A stretch of DNA of 63,709 nucleotides, counting the filler, from Parasitella parasitica NRRL 2501 (taxonomy: Eukaryota > Fungi > Mucoromycota): assembly GCA_025201805.1 (NCBI GenBank). It is 10 parts of 10 records of this genome, joined end to end, with 100 filler letters (N's around TTAATTAATTAA, not from the genome) between each part and the next. Parts side by side here need not be neighbours in the genome. Positions count along the whole stretch, not along the records: positions 1 to 15,751 come from MU619471.1; positions 15,852 to 35,056 come from MU619415.1; 8 more parts are not named here. One strand, 5' to 3'. Under the pieces are notes generated by a model, which searched no databases, was not told where the DNA came from, and worked only from the letters and a program-made list of their open reading frames with translations. Below, in pieces: positions 11,160-23,073 of this stretch (position 1 is the first letter of the stretch; every line of letters starts with the position of its first letter). The position numbers were made by a program, and so were the translations under genes.

Positions 11160-12728
11160 CACCACGGCGGTAAAAGGTTCAGAAAAAATGTAGGGATCTT
11201 CATATAATCTGAAGTTTAAATGTGTTTAAAAGGGCTTCAGAATGTCCCTTTTTTTGTGTGTGAAATTAAAAATATATGAAGCTTTCTTCATAAACTGAAG
11301 CAGCCAAATCTGAAGCTATGTGAAGCTTCATGCATAAAAAATGAAGTTTTGTATATGAATGCAATTGACTACAGGTTTTTCAGAGGTCCTCATTTTATTC
11401 ATTCAAGCATACTTCTGCATATCTGCAGCTTTCTTCATAAAAACTGAATTATTCAATTATATACACATTTGTAGATTCGTGTATATTTGCATTAGTTTTC
11501 TGCACTTGGTTAATTTTTTATCATGTCCAATTATTTAGTAGACGATTTTTAAGGTTAATCGTCCAAACCATGCAACTTTATTTGGTATAAATTATAATTA
11601 TTACTATTGTTGGAACAGTCAAAGCTACTAATTAGAACAATATTGCGTACTATGGATTAATCTCGACTTTCTACTAAATATGGTTTAAGTGTGTATTTCC
11701 GCGTCTTTTGGAGGCGATTATAGCTATTTTGAACGAAACCCAAAATTCACGGTTGTAAATAAGGATTAAAAATCAAATGATAATAGGTAGAGCCAGGAAG
11801 ATTGTATTTTTGCACGCCATTTATATACATATGTTTCTTTTAAACCATGATCAGAGAAACAAAAGCAGAGTGGATGTCTATGCTGTTTAGTTACTATTTA
11901 ATTATTTCGTCAACTACCCAATTAGCTACCTGCAAGATAATTTGGTTCGAGCACATTTCACGTTGAAAACTAGAGTCAAGATAGTATGTTTAATACACAA
12001 AAAGAGCCTCATATAAGCGACAATGTACGTAGCACTTACCATTTGCAGCCAGGTTGCTAATTATTAAGAAGATGGCAATGCTGATTCTTAATTTTTAGCA
12101 GCAAATATAAGGTGGACACACGTTTCTACGTTAAAAAGTATAATAGAAATACATTAACCATCCTCGGTATTTTGTACAGTGAATAAAGCGATATTGGGCC
12201 CCAGTTTCAGAAAAAAAAAAGAGGGAATTAGCCATATTTATAGAATGTTACAATAAAAAAAATCAAGTACTTCTTGGCCTATTCCTGCTTAACTATTGCT
12301 TTAACTAATAAAAAGAAAAGGTCAGTTATGCTTTTTTGTGGTCAAAAGTTATCAGTTTATACTTTAACCACCATGATAAAAAGGAAAGGTATTTGTTGTG
12401 AATACAATTCATACTAGTAAATGAAAAGAATGCAGATAATTCTTTCATGCGAGTCCATTAAATGAGCAAAACCATCGCCACTTCACCCCCTCTGAAACAA
12501 ACGTAAAATGGCGAGGGATCATTCTAATTTAAAGCCTAAATTACACCCGTGCACCATACAACAAGGGTAGTTTATACTTTGAAGTCAAGATATAAACTAT
12601 GGAAGGTTATTACAACGATGACCAGTATATGTGCATCAACTTACACAAGTTTTGAACCATCACTTATTGAAAATGATATGCATGTCAGCGACACAAATGC
12701 AAAGCATGTATTTACGTTTATTTTATAT

Positions 12729-13160
12729 TGATCTGCCATAATGTAGGTTAGGAGATCATGATAGTGTACTTCAATTAAAGATTGGAGATTGTCCAATGAT
12801 GTGTTGTTATACTGGTCGAAACAGGAGAATAAAGTCTTTGTTTCAAATCAGGAAGGTTATCTGTAACACAGATCTGTATGATTGACAAACAATAAGGTAC
12901 TGTCAGATCAAAGATCAATAACCTTGTAGTATAATAATATATCGTACCCTGTTAAGGATATGATGTTGCTTGCAAATTATTCTTATCGATTACTATCGAC
13001 TAGTATTTTAAATAAGTCACCAAAAATTTATGTTGTTGTAAAAAGTATAAATAGCAGATGCAAAGTTGAATCTTTAATAAAGTAATCTCAAGTTTTCGTA
13101 TCTCGTTAATTCAACGTTTTATATTATACTTTTCTTATTTCGATCTTGCAGATCTCAACA
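12729..13160 (+). mobile_element. Solo LTR family A (subfamily 2) with 5-bp TSD TATAT
   Basis: TGATCTGCC...CTCAACA; TATAT at 12724-12728 and 13161-13165; homologous to 4623-5032. Confidence 0.92.
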
Positions 13161-13353
13161 TATATTCTTTCCATCTGAAAATTGAAAACAAAACGTCAAT
13201 AAAATTACATCATTTTGCCCTAATTTCTTCATGTGTTTTTTGGTCATCTTTACAAATGTGATAATGAAAATCGACGGCAGTGAATGCATAATGCATGAAT
13301 ATTTTGTCAGTGATGGCAAAGGTAACATTTGGTTTTTTATTAAACTTTGCAAT

Positions 13354-14398
13354 TTAGTCTCTTCTCTTTTTTCTTTGCGAAACACGGTGTTGAGGTATAT
13401 CCTCGTCATCATTATCGGTGATGTCGCTATTCGATATAATCAATCTTTTCTTGCGATTATTCTTGGGAGCAGCCGTATCGTCAATGACATCTTCATATAC
13501 AAAAGATGGCGGAGAGAATGGTGGTGTTGCTGATGACAGTGCGTCCAATGTGGCGGAAGATTCAGCTTGGCTGTTGAAATAGGGCACGTTTTTAAAAGAT
13601 GTAAAGAAAATAAATGTTAAAGCACTTACCTGCTAACTTGATCCTTGGCTGCAGCACGAAAACATTCAGAAAGAAAACGATCAGCGCCCCATTGGTTTTC
13701 ACACAAGTGCAGCTTAATACCTTCTTGCAAATAGGCCTTGGATTTAAGATTGCAAATTAGCTGCTTGTGTAGTGAAGTGAACTTGTCTTCAACACCCTTC
13801 CAGGACAAAGATTAGATCTCAAGATGAATCTCGCAAGCTGTGGCTCTAATCCTACGTGCCACCAGCTAAATATCAGCGTAGTAATCTTTGGCTGTCTTGT
13901 TTTTGCTGTTATTTTGATGTCTAAGAGAAATAGCAGCATCAACATCAAGGTTTTTTCAGGCCCGCTTGGAGGATAAAGTATTATTAAGTTAGTTGTTATC
14001 TTTCTAATTCCTGTTCCAGCCAAGCTTGAGGGTATAACGCGATTGCCTCTCATATTCGAGTTTGCTATGTTTGTAATAGCCGTTAATTGAGCTATTGGTC
14101 GTGCAATGCAGCGAATTAATCTGTTAGAATTCTCAATGTTATATATTTACAATGTTTTGAGGTTATTACCTGTAGCAGCTGCTTCCTCTATTTCAGTACT
14201 TGCGCCATATATATTCGTTGATGGTGGAAACAAAGGTGCTAGCAAGTTGATCAACTCGAGATTCAAATCGTTAGATTTGACTTGTTTTTCGAGAACTTCC
14301 CTGAGCAAACATTGAGTCTTCTTATGCTCCTCGATTAACTTTTCCAAATCAGTCTTATGAGACATGGCGCTGGCGTGATTTACTCTTCTGCTAGTCAT
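13354..14398 (-). pseudogene. Spliced, disrupted accessory gene of the CACTA-like element
   Basis: Collinear ORF pieces (MTSRRVNH..coiled coil..SWKGVEDK..LHLCENQWGADRFL..basic KKRL/RKKRR tail) with stops/frameshifts and a GTAAGT donor at ~13629; divergent from the transposase. Confidence 0.6.
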
Positions 14399-14607
14399 TT
14401 TGAATCTATTGTTAATAATAATATTTGTGTATAGAAAATATGTTAGAACTGATTTCTGATCGACACTTGATTTTTATAAATCCGAAGGTTGATTTTTGCA
14501 TGAAAAACAGATCACAAAGCACAGACATACTGTATAAGTAGAGCCATTTTTGTTTTCAATCACTTTTTATCATTTTTATTATATAAAAATACTCTCTTAT
14601 TTTACCC

Positions 14608-15751
14608 ATGTCCACTGTATCATATCCTTGCCAAAGAGGCTGTAAACGTACTTTTTATACAAGCAAAGATCGAAAGAACCATTACCGACGAAACCACCAA
14701 GAAAAAGTCAAGCATCGTGCTAATTCCCAAAAACAAGATGATGACACTTACATGCAAGAAGCCCAATCCCCTAGCTTAAATAAACGTCAGTAGACATGTA
14801 TAATGCCTGTAAAATAACATATTTTAAACTTCCCTCTCATAAAAAGCAGATCAAAATCCACAAACACAAGCCATTGTATGCCAGGTGCCATCTGACGAAG
14901 TTACGGGATTCACTCCAACTGAGCTGTTTTCAATTAAGTATGCCGATATAACAGACACATATGGGATTTCAAGAGAAGCAGGTAGAGAGAGCGTGTATCT
15001 CTTTAGATCTCTATTGAAGCATAACGCCGTTAAACACCGCCATCAAGGTAAGCCCTAATCGACGAGCTGTTTGTATATAATAATGGCACTTACTGATCTT
15101 TCTTGCTTCACAGTTAATGCTTCTGATGCCACACTTTTATTTCCTGAAAACACTGTTGAGGCTTTCAAAAAGAAAACAGGTGTTGAAACTGAGCTTTTTG
15201 ATATTTGCAAGTATGGATGCTGTTTGTTTGAGGATAATCAACGTTTTTGCGCCAATCAAGATTGCAAAGAGCCACGATATAAAGCTGATGGAATTACCCC
15301 AGTTAGGCAGATGAAAATGTTTACATTGGCCAAGATCGTTTCATTGATGCTAGCAAATGCCACAACAAGAGAGCTGATGAACTAACCACATCAGTATCAA
15401 TACAACTCGGATGGCTATTCTGATATATTCGATGGTGAGCGCTACAAGGCTCTTCTTGAAGGTGGCTGCTTCACCAATTCTACTGACGTTGCGCTGGGGC
15501 TTTTCATTGATGGGTTCACGGCAACAAAGTCGAATCAATCTGCAAAGATGTGCATCATTCATCTGGTCAATTACAACTTGGACCCACAAATTCGATACAA
15601 GGATGAATACACTCGCCAGATTGGTATAATTCCTGGGCCAAAAAATCCTATGATTGAAACCTTTCTAAAGCCCATAATGAAGGAAGCCGACAAATTGGCA
15701 CAACACGGCCTCGTTGTAATGAAGAACGACATGAGAATCTGCTTGAGTCAT
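14608..15751 (+). pseudogene. CACTA (Tnp2/Transposase_21-like) transposase, premature stop at 15383-15385, cut by contig end
   Basis: N-terminal C2H2-like finger; FDICKYGCCLF..C..CKEPRY; YSDIFDG; LGLFIDGF; VNYNLDPQIRYK; IIPGPKNP..FLKPI. Confidence 0.85.
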
Positions 15752-15795
15752 NNNNNNNNNNNNNNNNNNNNNNNNNNNNNNNNNNNNNNNNNNNN

Positions 15796-15807
15796 TTAAT
15801 TAATTAA
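15796..15807. other. Artificial contig spacer TTAATTAATTAA in 44N+12+44N; also at 35101, 46822, 48805, 53717, 55517, 57448, 61119, 62382
   Basis: Identical palindromic six-frame-stop 12-mer centred in 100-bp N blocks nine times. Confidence 0.97.
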
Positions 15808-15937
15808 NNNNNNNNNNNNNNNNNNNNNNNNNNNNNNNNNNNNNNNNNNNNCTGACTGTCGAGAAAATACGTTTTTTGTTGAAGTGAAAGTGTTTCTACC
15901 AGGATAGGGTGGCAAAAAGTGATGAAAAAACGAAAGA

Positions 15938-16011
15938 GCTCGCTTAGCTCAGTTGGTTAGAGCGTGGTGCTAATAACGCCAAGGTCACAAGTTCGACCCT
16001 TGTATCGAGCA
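15938..16011 (+). tRNA. tRNA-Ile, anticodon AAT (15972-15974), intronless
   Basis: A-box TAGCTCAGTTGG, anticodon arm TGGTG-CTAATAA-CGCCA, B-box GTTCGACCC, acceptor GCTCGCT/ATCGAGC, TTTT terminator. Confidence 0.95.
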
Positions 16012-16673
16012 TTTTACTTTTCCAAACATACTTAAATGTGGTGTGTGTAGATGCTTTTTTTTTTGAAATTTTCTTACGTATATGGTGTCGTATGAGATAA
16101 ACAGAATAATTTGACAAGTAATTCGCTATTTATATCAAAGATCAAGGTTAAGTATTAAAAGAAATAACTGAGATTGACAAGAGTGTCAAGTGAACGAAAT
16201 GGGTGCGATAATGGTGACAATATTATAAAGAAGACTGACATTTTTACACATCATTAGCATAATATATACTTGTAGACTCCAGAAGTATGGCTGAAAATAA
16301 ATGAAATAAACAAACTTTGAACGACATATTGCATGTTTGCAAATTTCCCGTAAACTGGGAGTGTAAGCTATAACGTAAACATTGTTGTTGCATAAATTAC
16401 TGCAAGAGGAGCATTTACATAAATATCGTAACTGAAATGATCAAGTCTTGTGTTCCTAAAACTCAAGATCTGGAAGATTTTTGAAGCAATCCTGGTTCAA
16501 CAAATACCAAACGTGCATTTTTACGTATTATCATTGGTCAATCAGCCTCATTTTTTACAATCGAACTTGTCAAAAAGAAATAGCTTGAGCTCGAATAGAT
16601 TTTCTCTTTTGTTTATATTACACTTTTTTTTTGCTTCTTGCGTACATATTTGTTGCGTCAATAGTATAAGTAT

Positions 16674-19600
16674 ATGCCTTCAACTTCATTGAATTTACCA
16701 ACTTTATCAAGAAGCGCTTCTACAGCAAAAGCACAATGTAACAAAAAAAAATCATTGACATGAACGACTGTAATTTACACAATACAATTAGATGTTATCG
16801 GTGTTTGTGCCATGGATAAAAAGGCTAGATCAAAGCCCATGCGATTAATTCTAGACAGAATTTTGGCTCACGGAGATTTTGAAGTGGTGATATTTGGTGA
16901 CAAGACTATCGTTGATGAAGGTATGATAACTTTCTAACTGGAAAAGAACTATTGTGTTAAAATATGCATTTTTATGAAAGAGGTCCAGAATTGGCCTGGT
17001 TGTGATTTTTTGTTGTGTTTCTTTTCAGCTGGATTTCCTCTTGATAAAGCCATCGAATACGTTAAGCTTCGTAAGCCATTTACTGTAAACGATGTATGTA
17101 TGCAATCATTATTATGGGATCGCCGTATTGTCCTGGCTGTACTGGACGCTGTTGGTGTGCCTACTCCTCCGCGACTTGTGATATCGCGTGATGGTGGGGC
17201 TCGAGTAGATCCTGAAGCAGCACGTGCTTTTCATGAAGCTTCTGGTATGGATATTCATCGAATAATGGGGAAATATACAAAGAATACCAAAGACTTTAAT
17301 ATCTGTCAAGATGGAATCGAGGTAGATGGAACTTTTTTGCCTAAAACGTTCTTGGAAAAGCCTGTAGATAGTGAGAATCACAATATTAATATCTATTATG
17401 CTAAAGAGCGTGGCGGAGGTGGTAGACGTTTATTCAGAAAGGTAGGTGACTAATTGTTTGTTTCTGTTTCGTCACTTAATAAGTATTGTGTTTGCATAAT
17501 AGACTGGGAATAAATCGAGCGAATTCGATCCCGATTTAAACATTCCAGCTTCAGAAGGTTCTTGGGTCTATGAATCCATGATGGTCGCCGAGAATTGCGA
17601 AGATGTCAAGGTTTATACAGTGGGTACAACTTATGTTCATGCCGAAACTAGAAAGTAAGTTGGAAACAAAATACGTAAAATATTTGAAACAAATATGTTT
17701 TGCGCTATGTAGATCGCCTACCGTCGATGGCTTAGTGAAACGGAACACTGAAGGGAAAGAGATCAGATACGTGACCGAATTGACAGCAGGAGAAAAGCAA
17801 ATTGCTGCTAAAGTATCAAAAGCATTTGGACAAATGATATGTGGATTAGATTTATTAAGGGTCGAAGGGAAATCATATGTCATTGATGTAAACGGCTGGA
17901 GTTTTGTTAAGGGAAATGATCATTACTACGACCAATGCGCTAAATTATTGAGCGAATCCTTTCTTCGATCCGTTCAAAGACGCCCGTCTACTACAATTCA
18001 TGACATTCCTCAAGAGATCCTCCCAGAAAATTCCTGGAGGTTAAAAGGTTACGCGGCCGTCTTTCGCCATGGTGATCGTACACCCAAAAACAAACATAAA
18101 ATATCACTTGTAGCTCAACCTTTTATTGATCTTCTAGAAGGGAGTACTCAAGAAGTTGTATTTCGTCAAAAACACCAATTGCAATTAGTCACCGATGCAA
18201 TCGACAGATGCTTAGTGGAAAAATTAGAAGATAAGAATAAACTGCTAGCATTGAAAGAAATTTTAGAGAGAAAAAGCGAGTTACCAGGCACCAAAGTACA
18301 AGTGAAGCCAATTTTCGATAAAGAATCCAATTTACTTAAAAAATTACAAGTCAATGTCAAATGGGGTGGTGAGGTGAGTTAGTTTATTCATGCGTTCAAA
18401 ATTTTATAATAATTTAAGACTAGTTTACACACGCAGGACTACATCAATCTAGAGATTTGGGCGAAAATCTTAGAAAAGATATGAAGATTCTCAATAAACA
18501 TATCACAGAAGATATCAAGATTTGGAGCAGTTCAGAGCGTAGAGTTCGCGCTACAGGTACTACACTTAACAGAATATTTTTCTTACATGTGTATGCAATT
18601 ACCATTCTAATATCTCTATATTTTTTTTTCCAGCTGATGTTTTTACTCGCTATTTCCTTGGAAGACCAGATTCGATTGATGGCGTTGTATCCGAGAGTAA
18701 ATATCTACTCGATGACAGCAATGCAGCCAAAGAACAAATGGATGCAGTGAAAAAACAGCTCAAATCATTGCTTCGTCCTGGCTATGAAATTCAACCCATC
18801 CTACTTGCTCAATGTGGCTGGCCTGCAAATATGGCCCAGCCTCATGTTATCCTACAAGAAGTATCTGTCATTATGGGCCGTTTAAGAGCTGTTATGCGGC
18901 TAAATTGGGCGACCCAAGATGTGGAACAATTACAACGTCGTTGGTGTTGCTTTGAATCACCAAATCTGTTTAAAGAACGATGGGAAAAAATGTTCAATAC
19001 CTTTTGTGTTGGGCAAATTAATGATAGTAGTGAATTCGATATGAAAAAAGAGCTTGTGTGCCCCGATCCTTCAGGTATTCCTGAATTGTACGACTCTTTA
19101 AAGTATGACGCATTGCATAATCGTCAATTCTTGGAAGCTATTTTCAGCGATCCAGAATCATCTACTACACCCATAGAATATCACGACAGTGCAAGTTCAA
19201 ATGCAAGTTATCGGTCTACAACAAAGAATTCAGAAGTAGTCAACCATGACCTCCGTAATCTGTATGCATATGTAAGAGCGCTTTTCAATTTTGTTGCGCC
19301 ACAAGAGTACGGCATTAGCGAAAAAGAAAAGAAAACCATTGGATTGTTGATTGGTTTACCCTTGCTAAAAAGCATTTTGCATGACATGGAAGATTTCAAA
19401 ATGTCAGAGAAACCAAAAACAAGACTTTATTTTACCAAAGGTATTATAATGTTGGTTTTTTGCCTAGAACTATCTGTTACTCATATTTGTGTAGAATCAC
19501 ACGTACATGCTCTTCTCAATCTGGTCTATCTCTCTGGTTTGCCAACCAAATTTCCACGCCCTATTCTGCCTGAATTAGATTGTAAGTTTTATGCAATTGC

Positions 19601-20000
19601 GTTTGAATGGTGTCACCTGACTCTTTTTTTTTTTTTTATTCAAGTCTTGACTCAAATCACATTTGAATTGTACGAGAGAAACAGACACAATGGGTCAGAA
19701 AAAGAATACTCTCTCCGTATTGCTTTCAGCCCTGGTGCACATTATGATTCAGTCCTTGATTTACGAATGGATGCCGAACACTGTTTAAAGGTTGCACCCA
19801 AAAAGTAAGTACTTTTATGCAAAATTCTGCATTGTCTCTAATTACCCTCTCAAATTTACAGAAATTTGATCCCTCACTTGTCTTTAGATGAGGTTTTACA
19901 GTATTATAAAACTGCCTATCTTAAAATTCCTGAACTGGCAGCTATAGAAAGACAGATCGATGAAAGAAAGTTATATTATGCTCAGGAAGATAATCAATAA
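16674..20000 (+). CDS. VIP1: Inositol hexakisphosphate/PP-IP5 kinase (Vip1/Asp1/PPIP5K), multi-exon
   Basis: [15 protein letters not shown]; [20 protein letters not shown]; [26 protein letters not shown]; phosphatase RHGDRTP; [14 protein letters not shown]; GT-AG introns keep frame to TAA 19998-20000. Confidence 0.95.
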
Positions 20001-21590
20001 TGCATCATTTAAATGATTCCTGTTTCAAAAAACCATTGCCATTCACGTAAATATACTCTCATCTTGCATTGTTTTCCCAATAAAATTCAAAAAGGACTCA
20101 TTTCCTGTTGTACTGGATCTTTTCATTTTGCTATACTTTAAGAAAAAAAATTGAAACAGAGTCAATACTGTATGCATGGTGGGCATAACTACTTTATATA
20201 ATTGGCCTAACCAGTTTTATGCCAAACCATTGACAAATCAATGTTTTCCAAATCATCTTAGAACTGCCCTTGACAAATATTTAGTTGAAAACACAAGAAA
20301 CAAGTAGCAAAAATATATTGAAAACAAAATAAAGGGTATACGGCAATGCAAGACTGTATGTTGTGCCAGGTCTTGGATATGAGCACGACAACTGTTTGCG
20401 ATAAAAGATATAAGAAAGTAATAAAAATTTCATTTACTACAAAAATATTGATTTTATTGATCGATATGAAGCTGTCGATTTATATTAATAAACCTACGAA
20501 CTAATCTTTGAACACAAATGTCAAACAGTCGTAGTCAGAGCAAGACTTTTCTCTATATTTAATTAACTAATCATCATGAATGTGAAGCATTCATCGATAA
20601 GTTTAGCTTCGCAATTTAGAATAGGTACTTTCTCAGAATTAATTTTGCTAGGGACTTTATCTACACAAGTTAATATATCTAGAAAATAGTGGCAATTCTG
20701 GTGATATTACAAATGGGTACTGTATTTGCGGCTTTGTTGGTTTTCGTAAATTAAAAGGGATGCTCACACCTGATCATTTTAGATGAATTAGAATTCCTTT
20801 TTGCTAATTACCTTTTTAAAGACTGTATCTGTTTAACGCAACGTAACCAGGATATAGTTGTAAGTCTGGGAATAAACGGTATTTACAAGTAACTAATATA
20901 TCTTACATCTACTGAATTGTTTCTACATGTTAAAACTTAAACAATAATGAGAAATGAATGAAGTTACTATATATTGGTTGAAGCAAAGACAAAATATGAC
21001 CAAGCAGAGGTTTAAATCGCCAATATACTCCATACAGTGCCAGTAAGTTGACCAACCAATATTTCACAACTTCATTCGAGAAGATATTTCAACCTTTAAA
21101 AATATTGCCAATAGGTAACCAGAATACAGAGGAACGCTGCCCTGAGTAGAAAACTGAAAAGCGTGGTTTTGTTAGCTGGTTGGGAGCCTTGCAAGGAGTG
21201 GACTACCTTTGGCTTAACTCTGCGTCTTTAAGCTGACCTAAAATTGCTGATTTAAGTATTAAAAGAGGTCATTCCAGCATGCAGTCTTTAAAAAGATATC
21301 ACATCGCCACATTTTCTCTTCTACGTCCGAACAAAAAGCTTCAATTGTCTTCGTTTATTTATTCTTTGCCAATCCAATCTTATATTGCCTCAATTCCAAG
21401 CTTAAAAGCTGTATTTGCAATCTCGTGCGGTGACATATCCCACCCCATTTGTTTCCATGGCAACCATAAGTTTGACAGCTGAGTTTAAACATTTGAAGAT
21501 CCAAAATCTGTATTTGTTTGCATCAAAATTTATTTCATTGAAGATTTATAAAGTGCAAGCAATTGTGAGAATATGCCATAGCATAGAAAT

Positions 21591-22319
21591 TTAACGGTTG
21601 GCTAAATAAAGAAAAAGAACCATTAGTATTACAAAGAGTTTGCGCGTTATCAATCAACTTACACTTGGCAACACGTTCAAGTTCGTCCTTCTTCTTGATG
21701 GCGTAAGAGTTAGCAGAACCCTTAGCAGCATTGATCAATTCATCAGCAAGACATTCAGCAACAGTTTTGACGTTACGGAAAGCAGACTCTCTAGTACCAA
21801 CAGTCAACAAGGAGATAGCTTGGTTGACACGACGGAGAGGAGAGACATCAACGGCTTGACGACGGACAGTACCTTGAGAACCAATACGAGTAGAATCTTC
21901 ACGGGGACCACAGTTGATGATAGCATCAACAAGGATTTGAAGGGGGTTGGCATCAGTCAACAAGTGAACGATTTCGAAAGCATGTTGAACAATACGGGCA
22001 GCCATGAGTTTCTTACCGTTATTACGACCAGTCATCATAAGAGCGTTGGTCAAACGTTCAACAATAGGACACTATAAATTAAAAGTTCATTAATCCTATT
22101 TCACTTTCTTGGGAAAATAAAACTTACTTGAGCTTTACGGAAACGCTTAACAGCGAAACGACCGGCAGTGTGAGGTAAATAAACTTGTTGACGGATTTGA
22201 ATATAATCTTGGAGAGAGATATCCTTAACCTCAACATCCTCATAAGACCACTTGTTGAAGAGCTTGCGGGTACCGTCGGCAGTAGCCAAAACGTCAGCGG
22301 GCAAATTAAGAGCAACCAT
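21591..22319 (-). CDS. RPS5: 40S ribosomal protein S5 (uS7); two coding introns plus a probable 5'UTR intron 22326-22440
   Basis: KRFRKAQ|[51 protein letters not shown]. Confidence 0.97.
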
Positions 22320-23073
22320 GCTAGCCTGTATCGATTTGATAAAGAAAAGTATCAATCCATCCAAATGAATTGAATAAATATAATATTTGATTCCATAATG
22401 AGTATACTGTCAGATGATGTCTTAATAACAGATGCATTACCTGTTGTCGATAAGAAAGAGGGGTTTTCATCATTGAACATGTTGGATACACTTAATTGAA
22501 GTGTAGGAGGGCAGGCGTAAATCAAATTTGCCGGACCATCGGACAAAAGTGAAAGTAAACTGTTCAAATGTGTTACATAAGCAGAGAAAACAAAAGATCT
22601 ATAATTGCACTCAAAAAATTCCACTTGAAATATACACATTGATGCAATTTACCTCTCAACCACAAAACACACTTAATCTCAGTACTATACACTATATTTT
22701 TTACCTATGGAAGTTGATTTAGCATTTCCAGATTCCTTGTTGTTGTGTCACAAAAACCAAACACTAAACTTTAACAATTGTTTATGTCTTTTTTGATCTA
22801 CTAAACAAGAAGTAAAATTTTATAGAATAATAATAATACAGCTGTATCTTTTTGAACATTTGAAGGAGATATGCAAATCCAAATCCCCAAAAGAAGGGAT
22901 TGACGGGATGAAAAAAATACCCAACTGGCCGATTTTATTCTCTTTTTTTCTAAATAAAGGGTGAAAAAGCGGCAAATGGAATTTTTTCTCTTCGTATTCT
23001 TTTCATTACTAAATCACGTTTTCTTTTCTCTTCTTCTTTCTCCTTAATCAACACCTTTATAACTAAATAGTAA

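Larger units (their letters stand above)
11160..15751 (+). mobile_element. CACTA/EnSpm-like DNA transposon, left end to contig break
   Basis: Starts CACCACGGC exactly where the LINE RT is cut; dense CTGAAG/CTTCA subterminal repeats to ~11450; Tnp2-type transposase downstream. Linking the end to the transposase is inference. Confidence 0.6.

Noticed and set aside
21170-21238. GTTAGCT...AGCTGAC enclosed structure as an ncRNA
   Set aside because: Short stems are compatible with chance; no recognisable family or Pol III boxes.
21640-22077. Antisense ORFs over RPS5 (and over PCK1 at 39958-40551)
   Set aside because: Shadows of strong codon bias in highly expressed genes.
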